A stretch of DNA of 64,000 bases from Candidatus Eiseniibacteriota bacterium (GCA_965224245.1 OZ245046.1:2560001-2624000); one strand, 5' to 3'; shown: positions 51,297-62,077, counted from the first letter of the stretch. The notes: a model not told the origin generated them from the letters alone. Made by a program: numbers and translations.

Positions 51297-52307
51297 TCAG
51301 ACGTTGAAGCGGACGTTGATGATGTCGCCGTCCTCGACCACGTAGTCCTTGCCCTCGAGGCGAAGGACCCCGGCGTCGCGGCACGCCTTGAGCGTGCCGT
51401 GCTCCAGGAACGCGTCGTAGGAGACCGTCTCGGCCCGGATGAAGCCACGCTCGAGGTCGGAGTGGATGACGCCGGCCGCGCGCCGGGCGACCGAGCCTTT
51501 CTTGATGGGCCACGCACGCACCTCGTCCTCGCCCACCGTGAAGAAGCTGACGAGGCCCATCTGACGGAAGATCGCCTGGGTGACGACCTCGGCCGCGGTG
51601 CCCGGCAGGCCCATCGCCTGCGCGAACTCGAGCTGCTCCTCGGCACTCAGCTCGGCCACCTCCCGGGCTTCGGAGACCGGGAACGCGACCACCTGACGGC
51701 CGTCGGCCAGCGTCTCGATCTCGGCAACGTCGGCGTCCCCGTCGGCGGAGGTGTTCACGAGAACGACCTGGGGGACGAGGGTCCGGAACGCGTAGCCGCG
51801 GAGCTGCTCCAGCGCGGCCTCGTCGAGGTCGGCGTTGCGGAGCGGGATCTCGTCCTCCAGAAGCGCCTGGCACCGCTCCAGCGTCTTCTTCACGATCTCG
51901 CCCAGCGGCTGCTTTCTGGCGCGCTCGAAGACACGCTCGATCGCCGTGAGGTCCGCCAGCACGAGCTCCTGGTCCAGGAGCGACAGGTCGGCGGCGGGCG
52001 TGGTCTCGGCGCCGAGCATGGGGTTGTCGAACGCGCGCACGACGTGCAGGAATACCTCGGCCCCGGTGAGGCCGTCGATGTAGCGCGCCATCTGACCGCG
52101 CCGCCCCTCTCCGGGCGTCCACTCGGCCTCACGGCATCGCACCTCGGCGAACGTCGTCTTCCGGGGCCGGAAGATCTCCGAGAGCGCGAGCACGCGCCGG
52201 TCGACAACCTTGACCGCGGCCACCCCGCTGTGCGCGCGGCCCTCGCTCAACGCGTCGAGAAGCGTCGTCTTGCCGCAGCCGGGTCGTCCGATGATCTTGG
52301 CTTCCAC
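51297..52307 (-). CDS. ychF: Divergent YchF/DUF933 family protein
   Basis: P-loop GRPGCGKTT, LHVVRAF, ELVLADL, FFTVGEDEVRAW, AGVIHSDLERGFIRAE, EGKDYVVEDGD. Confidence 0.85.
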   Translation of the reverse strand: MEAKIIGRPGCGKTTLLDALSEGRAHSGVAAVKVVDRRVLALSEIFRPRKTTFAEVRCREAEWTPGEGRRGQMARYIDGLTGAEVFLHVVRAFDNPMLGAETTPAADLSLLDQELVLADLTAIERVFERARKQPLGEIVKKTLERCQALLEDEIPLRNADLDEAALEQLRGYAFRTLVPQVVLVNTSADGDADVAEIETLADGRQVVAFPVSEAREVAELSAEEQLEFAQAMGLPGTAAEVVTQAIFRQMGLVSFFTVGEDEVRAWPIKKGSVARRAAGVIHSDLERGFIRAETVSYDAFLEHGTLKACRDAGVLRLEGKDYVVEDGDIINVRFNV

Positions 52308-52346
52308 CTGTGAGACCTCGCGGTGCGTGACGGGGAGCGGGACCGC

Positions 52347-53003
52347 TCAGGCGAGTCGGTGACGGGAGATCTCTCCCTCGACCATGTAGATGACGTCCTC
52401 GGCGATGTTGGTCGCGTGGTCGGCGACTCGCTCGAGGTGGCGCGCGATCGTGAGCATCGGAATCAGCACGTCCACCCGATCCACGTCCTCGCGGAGCCGG
52501 CGGCTGACCTCGGTGTAGACCGCGCGATGCATGTCGTCGATCTCCTCGTCAGCCGCGCACACCGAGCGCGCCAGATCGCTGTCCAGGTTCACGATCGCGT
52601 CGAGGCTGCGCTTGAGCATCGATCGGACCTTGGTCGACATCGCGACGAAGTCGAACGGCATCGGGAGCGGCGGAAGCTCTGACAGACGCTGGCCGCGCTT
52701 GGCGATGTTGACGGCCAGGTCGCCGATGCGCTCCAGGTCGTTGTTGAGCTTCAGCACCGCCACGATGAAGCGGAGGTCGCGGGCCACCGGCTGATAGAGC
52801 GCGAGGATCTGCAGGCAGTCCTCCTCGACGTCGACCTCCATGCGATCGATCGCCTCGTCCCCGTCGGTGACGGACTCGGCCAGGCTCACGTCCCGCTCGT
52901 GGATGGCCCGGCAGGCGCACTCGAGGCTCTCCTCGACCCGCGTGCCCAGCTCCAGCACGCGCACCTTGAGCTGCTCGACCTCACGGTGAAGGTGTGTTTT
53001 CAC
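52347..53003 (-). CDS. phoU: Phosphate signalling protein PhoU
   Basis: QPVARDLR, DLERIGD, LERVADHATNIAE. Confidence 0.96.
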   Translation of the reverse strand: MKTHLHREVEQLKVRVLELGTRVEESLECACRAIHERDVSLAESVTDGDEAIDRMEVDVEEDCLQILALYQPVARDLRFIVAVLKLNNDLERIGDLAVNIAKRGQRLSELPPLPMPFDFVAMSTKVRSMLKRSLDAIVNLDSDLARSVCAADEEIDDMHRAVYTEVSRRLREDVDRVDVLIPMLTIARHLERVADHATNIAEDVIYMVEGEISRHRLA

Positions 53004-53061
53004 GACCTGATCCGACTCCGTTCGTCTCGAAAACGTCGCATGCGGGGAATCGCCCCGGATC

Positions 53062-53083
53062 CTAACACAACTCTAATCGAATC
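53062..53083 (+). promoter_or_regulatory. PHO-box-like 11-bp direct repeat, oriented opposite to the operon
   Basis: CTAACacaact-CTAATcgaatc on the plus strand between pstB and phoU. Confidence 0.55.
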
Positions 53084-53093
53084 GCTCCCGGGA

Positions 53094-53966
53094 CTAGCCG
53101 AACCGTCCCGTGATGTACTCCTCGGTCAGCCGGTGCGACGGGTTGGTGAAGAGCTGATCGGTGCGATCGAACTCGACGATCCGACCCAGCCACATGAACG
53201 CGGTGTAGTCGCTGACCCGGCCCGCCTGCTGCATGTTGTGGGTCACGATCACGATCGTGTAGCGCGACTTCAGCTGACCGATCAGCTCCTCGATGCGGGC
53301 GGTCGCGATCGGATCCAGCGCCGAGCACGGCTCGTCCATCAGGATGATCTCGGGCTCCACCGCGATCGCCCGCGCGATGCACAGCCGCTGCTGCTGCCCA
53401 CCGGACAGGTCCAGCGCGTTCCGGTCGAGGCGGTCCTTGACCTCGTCCCAGAGCCCCGCTTGCTCGAGGCTCTTTCGCGCGATGGACTGGAGCCGATCCC
53501 GGCTGCGCTCACCGTCGATGCGATGGCCGTAGGCGATGTTCTCGAAGATCGACTTGGGAAACGGATTGGACTTCTGGAACACCATGCCCACGCGCCGCCG
53601 GAGGTGGTTGACGTCGACACCTCGATCGTAGGCGTCGCTGCCGTCGATCGTGACCGACCCCTCGATCCTGACGCCGTCCACGAGGTCGTTCATGCGGTTG
53701 AACGTCCGAAGGAGCGTGCTCTTGCCACACCCGCTGGGTCCGATGAAGGCCGTCACCCGGTGCCGCGGCACGTCCAGCGTGACGTCGTGGAGCGCCTGGG
53801 TGTCGCCATACCACAGGTTCAGTCGCTCCACGCGCATCGCCGCCTCTTCGTCGATCGCGCGCATCTTCGGCACCAGGTCGCGCGCCACCGACTCGGGATC
53901 GAAGCGCCCGGGGCGCCGGTTTCCGGTCGTTCCTGGCTCTTTCGCGTCGTCGATCACGTGTGTCAT
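53094..53966 (-). CDS. pstB: Phosphate ABC transporter ATPase
   Basis: [45 protein letters not shown]. Confidence 0.97.
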   Translation of the reverse strand: MTHVIDDAKEPGTTGNRRPGRFDPESVARDLVPKMRAIDEEAAMRVERLNLWYGDTQALHDVTLDVPRHRVTAFIGPSGCGKSTLLRTFNRMNDLVDGVRIEGSVTIDGSDAYDRGVDVNHLRRRVGMVFQKSNPFPKSIFENIAYGHRIDGERSRDRLQSIARKSLEQAGLWDEVKDRLDRNALDLSGGQQQRLCIARAIAVEPEIILMDEPCSALDPIATARIEELIGQLKSRYTIVIVTHNMQQAGRVSDYTAFMWLGRIVEFDRTDQLFTNPSHRLTEEYITGRFG

Positions 53967-53973
53967 CTGCTCC

Positions 53974-55602
53974 TCAGAACGAGGACGAGCGGTAGCGCGA
54001 CCACAGGCGGTTGCGAATGATCATGGCCGCCACGTTCAACAAGACCACGACCACGACGAGCAGCAGAGTCGTCATGAAGACCATCGGCTTGGCCGCCTCC
54101 ACGTTGGGGCTCTGGAACCCGAGATCGTAGATGTGAAAGCCGAGGTGCATGAACTTACGCTCGAGGTGAAGAAACGGCGCTCGCCCGTCGACCGGCAGGA
54201 GCGTCGCCGTTTTGACCGCTCCGGTCAACATCAGCGGCGCCACCTCGCCGGCGGCACGCGAGATCGCCAGGATGACACCGGTCAGAATGCCCGGCGACGC
54301 GGCCGGGAGCACGACCCGCCACGTGGTCTCCCACTTGCTGGCGCCGAGGGCCAGCGACCCCTCGCGCACCGCCTTGGGAACCGCGGCCAGCCCCTCCTCG
54401 GTGGCCACGATCACCACCGGCACCGTCAACAGCGCCAGCGTCAGCGCCGACCACAGTATGCCGCCGGTGCCGAACGTCGGCGATGGGAGCTTGTTCGAGA
54501 AGAGCGTCTGATCCAGCGCGCCACCGACCGTGTAAACGAAGAAGCCGAGCCCGAAGATCCCGAACACGATGCTGGGCACGCCCGCGAGGTTGTTCACGGC
54601 GATCCGGACCAGCTGTACGAGCCGTCCCTGGCGGGCGTACTCGCGCAGGTACAGCCCCGCCACGACACCCAGCGGCACGACGGCCAGCGTCATCAGGAAC
54701 GTCATCAGGACCGTCCCGAAGATGGCCGGGAGGATCCCGCCCTCGAGGTTGGCCTGCCGGGGCACGTCACTGACGAACGTCCACAGGCGCGAGAGATACA
54801 CGCCGGCGCTGCCGAACCATCCGAGCGCGTTGGGGCGAACGACCCGGTAGACGTCTCCGACCGGTAGCGTCACCGTGCGTCTGTCGGCGGTCTCGAGATC
54901 CAGCGCTTCCTCGTCCAGGCGTTCCCGTAGCCCGCCGATCACCGCGGTGAGCGAGTCGTACTCGGCGTTCAGCGCGGCCTCGGCCCGATCCAGCCGAGCC
55001 AGCCGATCATCGGCTCCGGGCTCGGTCGCGAGCGCGCGTCGCTCGAGCCGGATCGACTCCAGACGCTCGCTGACACGCCCCACGTCGTTCTTCTCCAGGC
55101 TCCGAACGCGGCCGCGGAGCCGGGACACCGCACCGAGTCGAGCGCCGAGCGTGTCGAGGGCGGCCTCTCCGCGCGCGCGCACGACACCGCCTCGTTCGTA
55201 CGCGCGCACGAACCCGATGAAGACGCCGTACTCGTCCCGCTCGATCAGAACGGCATCCTCGGGACGGTCCGTCCGTGTGATCCGGGGCCGGTCGATCCAC
55301 CGGAACTCGCCGGGACCGTACACGTCGCGATTCCCCGCCCGCACGCGGATGCGGGTCTCGCCCTCGGCGGCACCCGGAATCGGCTCCGACCCCCACGACT
55401 GCCCCATCACGACGTCACCGTCCGCGAGCACGTGCCGCTCGAGCGACTTGGGCCAGAACGCACCCAGGCCGCCGGCGGCCACGATCACCAGAACGGCCGC
55501 GATGAGGATCAACGCCAGCGCCGTCGCACCCGCGGCGAGCCAGATGAACGCGTCGCCGCTGGCCCAGTATCCCGCTCGGGGTCGCTCGTGGATGCCGGCC
55601 AT
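53974..55602 (-). CDS. pstA: Phosphate ABC transporter permease PstA (long form)
   Basis: [38 protein letters not shown]-terminal periplasmic coiled-coil insert. Confidence 0.95.
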   Translation of the reverse strand: MAGIHERPRAGYWASGDAFIWLAAGATALALILIAAVLVIVAAGGLGAFWPKSLERHVLADGDVVMGQSWGSEPIPGAAEGETRIRVRAGNRDVYGPGEFRWIDRPRITRTDRPEDAVLIERDEYGVFIGFVRAYERGGVVRARGEAALDTLGARLGAVSRLRGRVRSLEKNDVGRVSERLESIRLERRALATEPGADDRLARLDRAEAALNAEYDSLTAVIGGLRERLDEEALDLETADRRTVTLPVGDVYRVVRPNALGWFGSAGVYLSRLWTFVSDVPRQANLEGGILPAIFGTVLMTFLMTLAVVPLGVVAGLYLREYARQGRLVQLVRIAVNNLAGVPSIVFGIFGLGFFVYTVGGALDQTLFSNKLPSPTFGTGGILWSALTLALLTVPVVIVATEEGLAAVPKAVREGSLALGASKWETTWRVVLPAASPGILTGVILAISRAAGEVAPLMLTGAVKTATLLPVDGRAPFLHLERKFMHLGFHIYDLGFQSPNVEAAKPMVFMTTLLLVVVVVLLNVAAMIIRNRLWSRYRSSSF

Positions 55603-55603
55603 G

Positions 55604-57793
55604 CTAGAACCTGCTGTAGCGCCGGCGGAGTCGCGTGCGAACGACCTCGGCGGTGGTGTTGATGACGAGCGTGAGCGCGAACAGGAGAAGTGCGCTCAGG
55701 AACAGGATCCGGTACAGCGAATCGCCGTGCGGGGCCTCGGGAATCTCGGTGGCGATGTTCGCCGACAGCGTACGAAAGCCGTTGAACAGGCTCCAGTCCA
55801 TGACCGGGGTGTTGCCGGTGGCCATCAGCATGATCATCGTCTCGCCCACGGCGCGGCCGAAGCCGATCATGATGGCGGAGAAGATCCCCGGTGACGCGGC
55901 GGGAAGGATCACGAGCCAGGCCGTCTGCCAGGGCGTCGCGCCGAGGGCCAGGGATCCGGCCGTGAGGTGGCGCGGGACGCTGGATAGCGAGTCCTCGCTG
56001 ACGCTGAAGATGATCGGGATCACGGCCAGCCCCATCGCGATGCCCACCACGATCGCGTTCCGCTGGTCGTATCGAATCTCGTAGGCCGTGTACAGCCACT
56101 CCAGAAACCCGCCGGGAAAGAGCCGGTCGGCGACGTGGCTCAGCCCCACGGTCAGGCCGATCGCGACCAGGACCACCGGCACGAGTCCCAGGACCTCCGT
56201 GCCCGGCCGCACCAGGAGGAGCCCACGGGGCACCACGCGCCGGAGCGCGCCGGCCAGCAACACGGCCAGCGCGATGAAGACCCCGACCCCGAGCGCGGCC
56301 GGCATCGCCTGCGCGAGCCGCGGCGCCAGCCAGAGCCCGGCCAGCAGGCCCAGCACCACGCTCGGAAGCGTGGCCATCAGCTCCATCGCCGGCTTCACCA
56401 CCCCGCGCAGCCGCTTGTCCATGAACGTCGCGGTGTACAGCGCGGCGAGGATCGCAATCGGTACCGAGAAGAGCATGGCGTACAGCGTGCCCTTGAACGT
56501 CCCGAAGATCAGCGGAACGAGGCTCAGCTTGGGCTCCGCCTCGTCGGTGCCCCCGGTGGACTGCCAGGTGTAGTCCGCGTGCTCGTATCCCTCGTAGTGC
56601 ACGGGCCGGAAGAGCGAGGCGAACGACACCTCGGGGTGAGCGTCGTCCAGCGCCCACGTGGCGACGTTGCCTTCGAAGGCCGCGATCAGCGCGTCGCTCT
56701 TGGGCGCGAACACCACCGACGCCGGCGCCTGGTTCAGATCGCGGGTGAGTCGGGTGGCGCTGGTGGTGGCGAAGCGCAGGCACAGCTCGCCGGAGGCGTC
56801 CCAGGTGACGAAGCCGCGGTTTCGTCCCGACGGCGCCGTGCCCACGACGGGTGCACCGTGCGGCTCGAACTCGTGCGCTCGGATCAGACGGAGCCCGCTC
56901 TCGACCGTGCGCGCGCGGAACCAGACCTGGACCTCTCCGCCGGCGTTGCCGACGACCAGCGAGTTGCGCCCGAGAACGGTTCCCAGAGCCGTGACCGCGT
57001 CGGAGCCGGTGCGGTACGACCCGAGGGGGGTGTGGGCGTCGGTGTCGACCGGCCACTCGACGAGCTGCCCGCTGGTCGAGCCCACGTAGAGGTGACGCGC
57101 GGCGGCGTCGAGCTCGATTGCGCTCGCGGTGATCCCTCTCCCGACGGGCACGTCCCAGAACGAGTCGCTCACCGTCTCGGCACCGAAGAGGTTGCGCTCG
57201 ACCTCGCGGATGAGGACACGCACCCGGCCGTCCTCTCCGAGGGTGGCCACGGTGATGCCCTCGTCGGACGCGACTGCTGCGATCCGCGCGACCGCGACGC
57301 CCGGAGACATCGATACCGTGTCCGAGACGCCGACCCGGGGTCGGTACCGCCGCTGCGCGCCGTCGTAGGTGAGCCCCGAGTCGAACCGGAGGCGTGCGAT
57401 GCGACCGTCGGCGGTGCCGACGAGCCACTCCCCGGCGTCGGGTGCGACCGGCCTGGCGGAGGTGATCGTCGCCGATCCGAGACCATCCGGACGCGGGAGC
57501 CGGCGCCCGGACCACGTGTCGCCGTCACGTACCCATGTCGCGGCCGCTCCGTCGGCGTCGAGCGCGAACAGCACCTCCCGGTACTCGTTCGCGGTGGCGA
57601 GAACCCACGCGTCGCTCTCGTGGGGAAGTGCGGGGTCGGTGGAATCCAGCGACGCCGAGCGCCACAGGGGCAGCGTCTCGCCGATCAGGAAGGCCAGTAT
57701 TGCGAGAATGCTCACGATGATCACGGCGCCGCCCCCGGTGATGGCGCGGGCGGCGATGCGATCGATCGTTCGCCGTCTCGTGTAGATGCTCAC
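55604..57793 (-). CDS. pstC: Phosphate ABC transporter permease PstC (long form with beta-propeller-like domain)
   Basis: PLIFGTFKG, KPAMELMATLPSVVLG, GSLALGAT, GRAVGETM. Start GTG 57793 approximate. Confidence 0.93.
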   Translation of the reverse strand: MSIYTRRRTIDRIAARAITGGGAVIIVSILAILAFLIGETLPLWRSASLDSTDPALPHESDAWVLATANEYREVLFALDADGAAATWVRDGDTWSGRRLPRPDGLGSATITSARPVAPDAGEWLVGTADGRIARLRFDSGLTYDGAQRRYRPRVGVSDTVSMSPGVAVARIAAVASDEGITVATLGEDGRVRVLIREVERNLFGAETVSDSFWDVPVGRGITASAIELDAAARHLYVGSTSGQLVEWPVDTDAHTPLGSYRTGSDAVTALGTVLGRNSLVVGNAGGEVQVWFRARTVESGLRLIRAHEFEPHGAPVVGTAPSGRNRGFVTWDASGELCLRFATTSATRLTRDLNQAPASVVFAPKSDALIAAFEGNVATWALDDAHPEVSFASLFRPVHYEGYEHADYTWQSTGGTDEAEPKLSLVPLIFGTFKGTLYAMLFSVPIAILAALYTATFMDKRLRGVVKPAMELMATLPSVVLGLLAGLWLAPRLAQAMPAALGVGVFIALAVLLAGALRRVVPRGLLLVRPGTEVLGLVPVVLVAIGLTVGLSHVADRLFPGGFLEWLYTAYEIRYDQRNAIVVGIAMGLAVIPIIFSVSEDSLSSVPRHLTAGSLALGATPWQTAWLVILPAASPGIFSAIMIGFGRAVGETMIMLMATGNTPVMDWSLFNGFRTLSANIATEIPEAPHGDSLYRILFLSALLLFALTLVINTTAEVVRTRLRRRYSRF

Positions 57794-57830
57794 GTGAGTT
57801 GCTCGATCGGCTTCGGCGTGCCGTCCGTGG

Positions 57831-58826
57831 CTACGAGCCGGCGACCTGGTACGCGGCGTCCAGCTTCGCGATCTCCTCGAGGCCGATCGCCGCCGGTACC
57901 GGGATGAAGCCGGCCTTGTCGACCTGTGCCTGTCCCTCGTCACTGTAGATGAACGACATGAACGCATTCACCAGCGGATCCAGCTCCTGGCCGGGCGTCT
58001 TGTTCACGTAGACGTAGAGAAAGCGACCCAGCGGGTAAGTCCCGGCCAGAACCGCGTCGACCTCCGCCGCAATCGGCTCGCCGCCGTCCTTTTTCGCGAT
58101 CGGGATCTTGCGGACGCCACTCGTCGAGTAGCCCATGCCGGAGTAGCCGATCGCGTAGCGATCGTTCTCCACGCCCTGCACCACGGACGCCGATCCGGGC
58201 TGCTCCTTGACCGTGTCCTTGTAGTCTCCCTTGAAGAGCGCCGTCGACTTGAAGAACCCGTAGGTTCCCGAGGCGGAGTTGCGGCCGTACAGCGAGATCG
58301 GCTTGTCGGCCCACTCGCCGGTGAGACCCAGATCGCCCCACGTCACGACGTCGGTGGCGTGCCCGCCCTTGCGGGTCTTGGAGAAGATCGCGTCGACCTG
58401 CTCCAGGGAGAGGCCCTGGTCGGCGAGCGGATTGTCCTTGTGGACGTAGACCGCGAGCGCGTCCAGCGCCACCCGGAACTCGGTGGGCTTGTAGCCGTGG
58501 CGCTCCTCGAACGCGTCGACCTCGGTGGCCTTCATGCCGCGCGACATGGGTCCGAGCTGCGCGGTGCCCTCGATGAGAGCGGGCGGCGCCGTGCTCGAGC
58601 CCTTGCCCTCTCCCTGGACGCGCACGTTCGGATAGAACTCGCGGAACTTCTCGCCCCAGAGGGTCATCAAGTTCAGACACGTGTCCGAGCCGATGAAGTT
58701 GAGATTTCCGCTGACGCCGCTGACCTTCTCGTATGACGAACGATTACCGTCGGCCACCGAGATCGCGGCCGCGCCGAGCGCGATCACGACGGCGGCCGCC
58801 CCGAGCCTGAGCTTGACGTTGTTCAC
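57831..58826 (-). CDS. pstS: Phosphate-binding protein
   Basis: GSDT, GKGSSTA, MSR, VALDAL, GRNSASGT, YPLGRFLYVY; AGGAG RBS before GTG. Confidence 0.95.
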   Translation of the reverse strand: MNNVKLRLGAAAVVIALGAAAISVADGNRSSYEKVSGVSGNLNFIGSDTCLNLMTLWGEKFREFYPNVRVQGEGKGSSTAPPALIEGTAQLGPMSRGMKATEVDAFEERHGYKPTEFRVALDALAVYVHKDNPLADQGLSLEQVDAIFSKTRKGGHATDVVTWGDLGLTGEWADKPISLYGRNSASGTYGFFKSTALFKGDYKDTVKEQPGSASVVQGVENDRYAIGYSGMGYSTSGVRKIPIAKKDGGEPIAAEVDAVLAGTYPLGRFLYVYVNKTPGQELDPLVNAFMSFIYSDEGQAQVDKAGFIPVPAAIGLEEIAKLDAAYQVAGS

Positions 58827-58865
58827 GTGTTCTCTCCTGTTTTCGAGCCCGACGGACGGTAGCAC

Positions 58866-58887
58866 CCGATCGTTAGACCCGCATTAG
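58866..58887 (-). promoter_or_regulatory. PHO-box-like repeat upstream of pstS
   Basis: Minus strand CTAATgcgggt-CTAACgatcgg. Confidence 0.6.
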
Positions 58888-58911
58888 GCGCGATCCGTCG
58901 CCGACCGGGTG

Positions 58912-60156
58912 TTAGAAGTCGATTTGGAAACGCGTCGTGAAGGTGCTCACCGTGCCCTCCCCCGCGTCTCCCCGGTCCACCGATCCGATGGTGTAGTTCG
59001 CCATGACCTTGGCCTGAGCGTTCAGATACCAGTTCGTGCCGAACGTGATGTCCGAGAGCGTCCCGCCCTCGATGCCGTTCGACGCGTCGTCGAGATCCAC
59101 CGAGGAGTAGCGCGCGGCGAGCTCGACCGCGCCCGTGCCCCCGTCCCGGCCGTACGTGGTCTTCGGCTTAACGCGCGAGAACACGCCGTCGCGGGTGCTG
59201 TAGGGCCGGTGCTCACCGGTCGCGAAGAAGCTGGCCTGGGCATAGAAGCCCGAGAAGCTCGGGTCGATGGTGTCGCCGGCCGCCACGTCCGGGCCCTGGT
59301 GGCTGATCGTCACGTACTCGCCCTGGACCGAGAACGAGCCGGCCACGACGGCGAGCTCGGCGTCCACGAGCCACAGGTCGTCCACCGCGAAGGACCCGGT
59401 CCGGATCACCTTGTCCCCGATGTGGTTCTCGGGACGGAAGCTGTACGAGCGTTCGTTGGCGGGCGGACGGCGGTGACTGGCACCCACGCCGAGATGCACG
59501 AGGCTGCGGCCGTCGTCGGTTCGCATCGGCACGACCGTGAGCCGCGCGGTCTCGGCCAGCGCACCGCCCTCGATGCTCCGGGTCACCTGGTCCCCGTCCT
59601 CACGAAACACGCCGACGGCGGCCCGGGCCGCACCGCCGGCGAACGTCCGGTGCGCCATCATCCCCATGTTGCGCGACGGCACGAAGCCGGTCGGGAGCGC
59701 CCGCTCGACGAACGTGATGTACTTGCTCGAGGTCTGCTCGACCAGCGAGATCGGCTCGTAGAAGTTGCCGACGCGGACGCTACCGAGCCCGGGGACTCCC
59801 GTCAGCTCCATGTAGAGGTCCTTGGCGTCCAGCTCGCCGTTGGCGAACTCGTACTCGGCCTTGTACTTCACGTTGCCGTACATCTTGCCCGAAGCGAACA
59901 GCCGCGCCCGGCGGAACTCGGTTCCGTCGGTCGACCCGAGCCCCAGCTCGTCACGCGCGTCGTCGTCGACCTGGATGAACGCCCAGTCCTGCTGAAGACG
60001 TCCGCCGACCGCCGCCGAGAAGCGACCGTCGTCGGACGCGAACGAGAGCCCTCCGTCGACCTCGGTGACCGTGGCTCGCACCGGAGCCCCGGCCGCACAC
60101 AGCATGACCATGGCCGCGGCCGCCCCCCATCGCGCACTCATCTCGCTCCGGCCCAT
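58912..60156 (-). CDS. Phosphate-selective porin, OprO/OprP family
   Basis: GGRLQQD, EFRRARL, SLVEQTSSKYITFVER, ELAARYS, GTNWY, terminal Phe; within the Pho cluster. Confidence 0.9.
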   Translation of the reverse strand: MGRSEMSARWGAAAAMVMLCAAGAPVRATVTEVDGGLSFASDDGRFSAAVGGRLQQDWAFIQVDDDARDELGLGSTDGTEFRRARLFASGKMYGNVKYKAEYEFANGELDAKDLYMELTGVPGLGSVRVGNFYEPISLVEQTSSKYITFVERALPTGFVPSRNMGMMAHRTFAGGAARAAVGVFREDGDQVTRSIEGGALAETARLTVVPMRTDDGRSLVHLGVGASHRRPPANERSYSFRPENHIGDKVIRTGSFAVDDLWLVDAELAVVAGSFSVQGEYVTISHQGPDVAAGDTIDPSFSGFYAQASFFATGEHRPYSTRDGVFSRVKPKTTYGRDGGTGAVELAARYSSVDLDDASNGIEGGTLSDITFGTNWYLNAQAKVMANYTIGSVDRGDAGEGTVSTFTTRFQIDF

Positions 60157-60223
60157 GGAACTCACTCCTGTTCGTGTTTGGATACGGTCACGTTTCCGTG
60201 AGGCCGGCGGGACAGTAGTGCGA

Positions 60224-60256
60224 GATCGTGTCAGGATGCCGTTAGGAAACGATTAG
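60224..60256 (-). promoter_or_regulatory. PHO-box-like triple repeat upstream of the porin
   Basis: Minus strand CTAATcgtttc-CTAACggcatc-CTGACacgatc, exact 11-bp period. Confidence 0.7.
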
Positions 60257-60291
60257 ATCAGGCGAAACGCCGCTTCTGCATGAGGATGTGA

Positions 60292-62076
60292 CTAGCGAGA
60301 CAGCTCCGCTCCTCGGGGTAGACGGAGCGTGAACACGCTCCCGCGGCGCGGTGCACTCTCGACGGAGACGGCCCCTCCGTGTGCGCGGGCCACGTGCTTG
60401 ACGATCGCCAGCCCGAGCCCCGTGCCCCCCGACGCGCGGCTCCGCCCGGTGTCCACGGTGTAGAACCGCTCGAACAGACGCTCGTGGTGGACCGGATCGA
60501 TGCCGCAGCCCTCGTCGCGAACGTGGATCAGGATCGTGTCGTCATCGCCGGGCTCTGCGTCCACCTCGACTCGCGACCCCGGGTCCGAGTAGCGGATCGC
60601 GTTCGCGACGAGGTTCGTGATCGCTTGCTCGAGCAGCTCCGCGTTCACCGCCGCGCTCAGCGTGTCCGGACAGCTCACGACGACCTCCACCTCGCTCGTG
60701 CGCGCCGCCGCCTCCGCGGTCTGGGCGGCGGTGGCCAGGAGCGGGCGGATGCGCTGGACGGACCGGGTGACTTCCTTCGCCTCGATGTCCCGCTCGAGCC
60801 GGGCCAGCCGCATCAGGTCCTCGATCAGGCCGTGCAGCCGATCGGTCTGCCGGAGCGCGATCGTCACGAAGCGTTGCGCGCTGGCGGGATCCGAGAGCGC
60901 GCCGTCGCGCAGCGTCTCCAGGAACCCCTTGATCGCGGTGACCGGAGTCCTGAGCTCGTGGGACACGCTGGCCACCAGCTCGCGGCGCTCGATCTCGCGG
61001 CGCCGCTGACCGGTCACGTCGTTGAGGACGACGATCGCGCCGACCCGACGTCCGTTCGCGGTGACCAGCGGCGACCCATGGGCGGTCAGGACGCGCTCCC
61101 GGTCGCCGCGTGCGACGATCTCGCCCTCGACCACGGTCGAGGAGCCCAGGGAGCGCCGCACGAACTCGACCAGCGCGACGTTGCGCACGACCTCGGCGAT
61201 GGGTCGGCCGGTCGCGTCGTCCACGCTCACGTCGAAGAGCGATCGGGCGGCCCGGTTCACGCTCAGGATGCGCTCGTCGGCCTCGACCGCGATGACCCCC
61301 TCGGTCATCGCGGCGAACAGGGCCGCCTGCTCGCGATTCCGCCGCTCGAGGTCGTCGATGCGGCTCTCGAGACTGGACGCCATCCGGTTGAACGTATCGG
61401 CCAGGCTCGCCGACTCGCCCGAGCCGGCCGGCACGACGCGATGGGCCAGATCGCCGGCCGCGAATCGCTCCGCGCCCCGCCTGAGGCCCTCGATCGGACG
61501 TGCCACACGGCGCGAGACGTCGAGGCCGATCAACGAGGCGAGCACGATCGCGGCCAGCGCGCCGAGGAGGATCCGCGTGCGGCCGGGGTTCAGGAGCGCG
61601 TCCACCGTCGGCAGCGGCATGGCCGTCCGCACGGCTCCGACGACGACCCCATCGCGCACCAGCGCCCGCGCGACGTACATCATCGTGGTCTGGAGTGTGT
61701 GGCTGAAGCGGGTGGACTGCCCGCGTCCGAGGGTCAGGGCCTCGTGGAACTCGGCCCGATCGCGATGATTGTCCATCGCAGTGGCCGCGGTCACGGTCTC
61801 GGCCACCACGCGGCCGGTTGCGTCGATGACCGTCACGCGGGTGTGCCAGTCCGCGGTCAGGACTCGAACGAGCGAGTCGGCCGGCTCAGGCTCGAGTCGC
61901 GCCGAGGCGAGAGCCGCCGCCAGATTCTGCGCCTCGGTGTCCAGCCTGAGCTCGGACTGGCGATGGCTGGACTCGCGAAGAACGACGAGAAAGACCGCGG
62001 TCGCGGCAACGAGGCTGATCAGCGTGATGAGGAGGTAGGTCGGGAAGAGCAACCACCGCACCGGAAGGTGGCGCAA
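60292..62076 (-). CDS. phoR: Phosphate sensor histidine kinase (HAMP-PAS-HisKA-HATPase)
   Basis: MDNHRDRAEF sensor motif, SHELRTPVTAIKGF, NLVANAIRY, FERFY, GGTGLGLAIVKH. Confidence 0.92.
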   Translation of the reverse strand: MRHLPVRWLLFPTYLLITLISLVAATAVFLVVLRESSHRQSELRLDTEAQNLAAALASARLEPEPADSLVRVLTADWHTRVTVIDATGRVVAETVTAATAMDNHRDRAEFHEALTLGRGQSTRFSHTLQTTMMYVARALVRDGVVVGAVRTAMPLPTVDALLNPGRTRILLGALAAIVLASLIGLDVSRRVARPIEGLRRGAERFAAGDLAHRVVPAGSGESASLADTFNRMASSLESRIDDLERRNREQAALFAAMTEGVIAVEADERILSVNRAARSLFDVSVDDATGRPIAEVVRNVALVEFVRRSLGSSTVVEGEIVARGDRERVLTAHGSPLVTANGRRVGAIVVLNDVTGQRRREIERRELVASVSHELRTPVTAIKGFLETLRDGALSDPASAQRFVTIALRQTDRLHGLIEDLMRLARLERDIEAKEVTRSVQRIRPLLATAAQTAEAAARTSEVEVVVSCPDTLSAAVNAELLEQAITNLVANAIRYSDPGSRVEVDAEPGDDDTILIHVRDEGCGIDPVHHERLFERFYTVDTGRSRASGGTGLGLAIVKHVARAHGGAVSVESAPRRGSVFTLRLPRGAELSR

Positions 62077-62077
62077 G

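Noticed and set aside
58911-58915. CTAAC at the porin stop as a third pstS PHO unit
   Set aside because: 28 bp from the nearest unit, out of 11-bp phase, and it contains the TAA stop codon.
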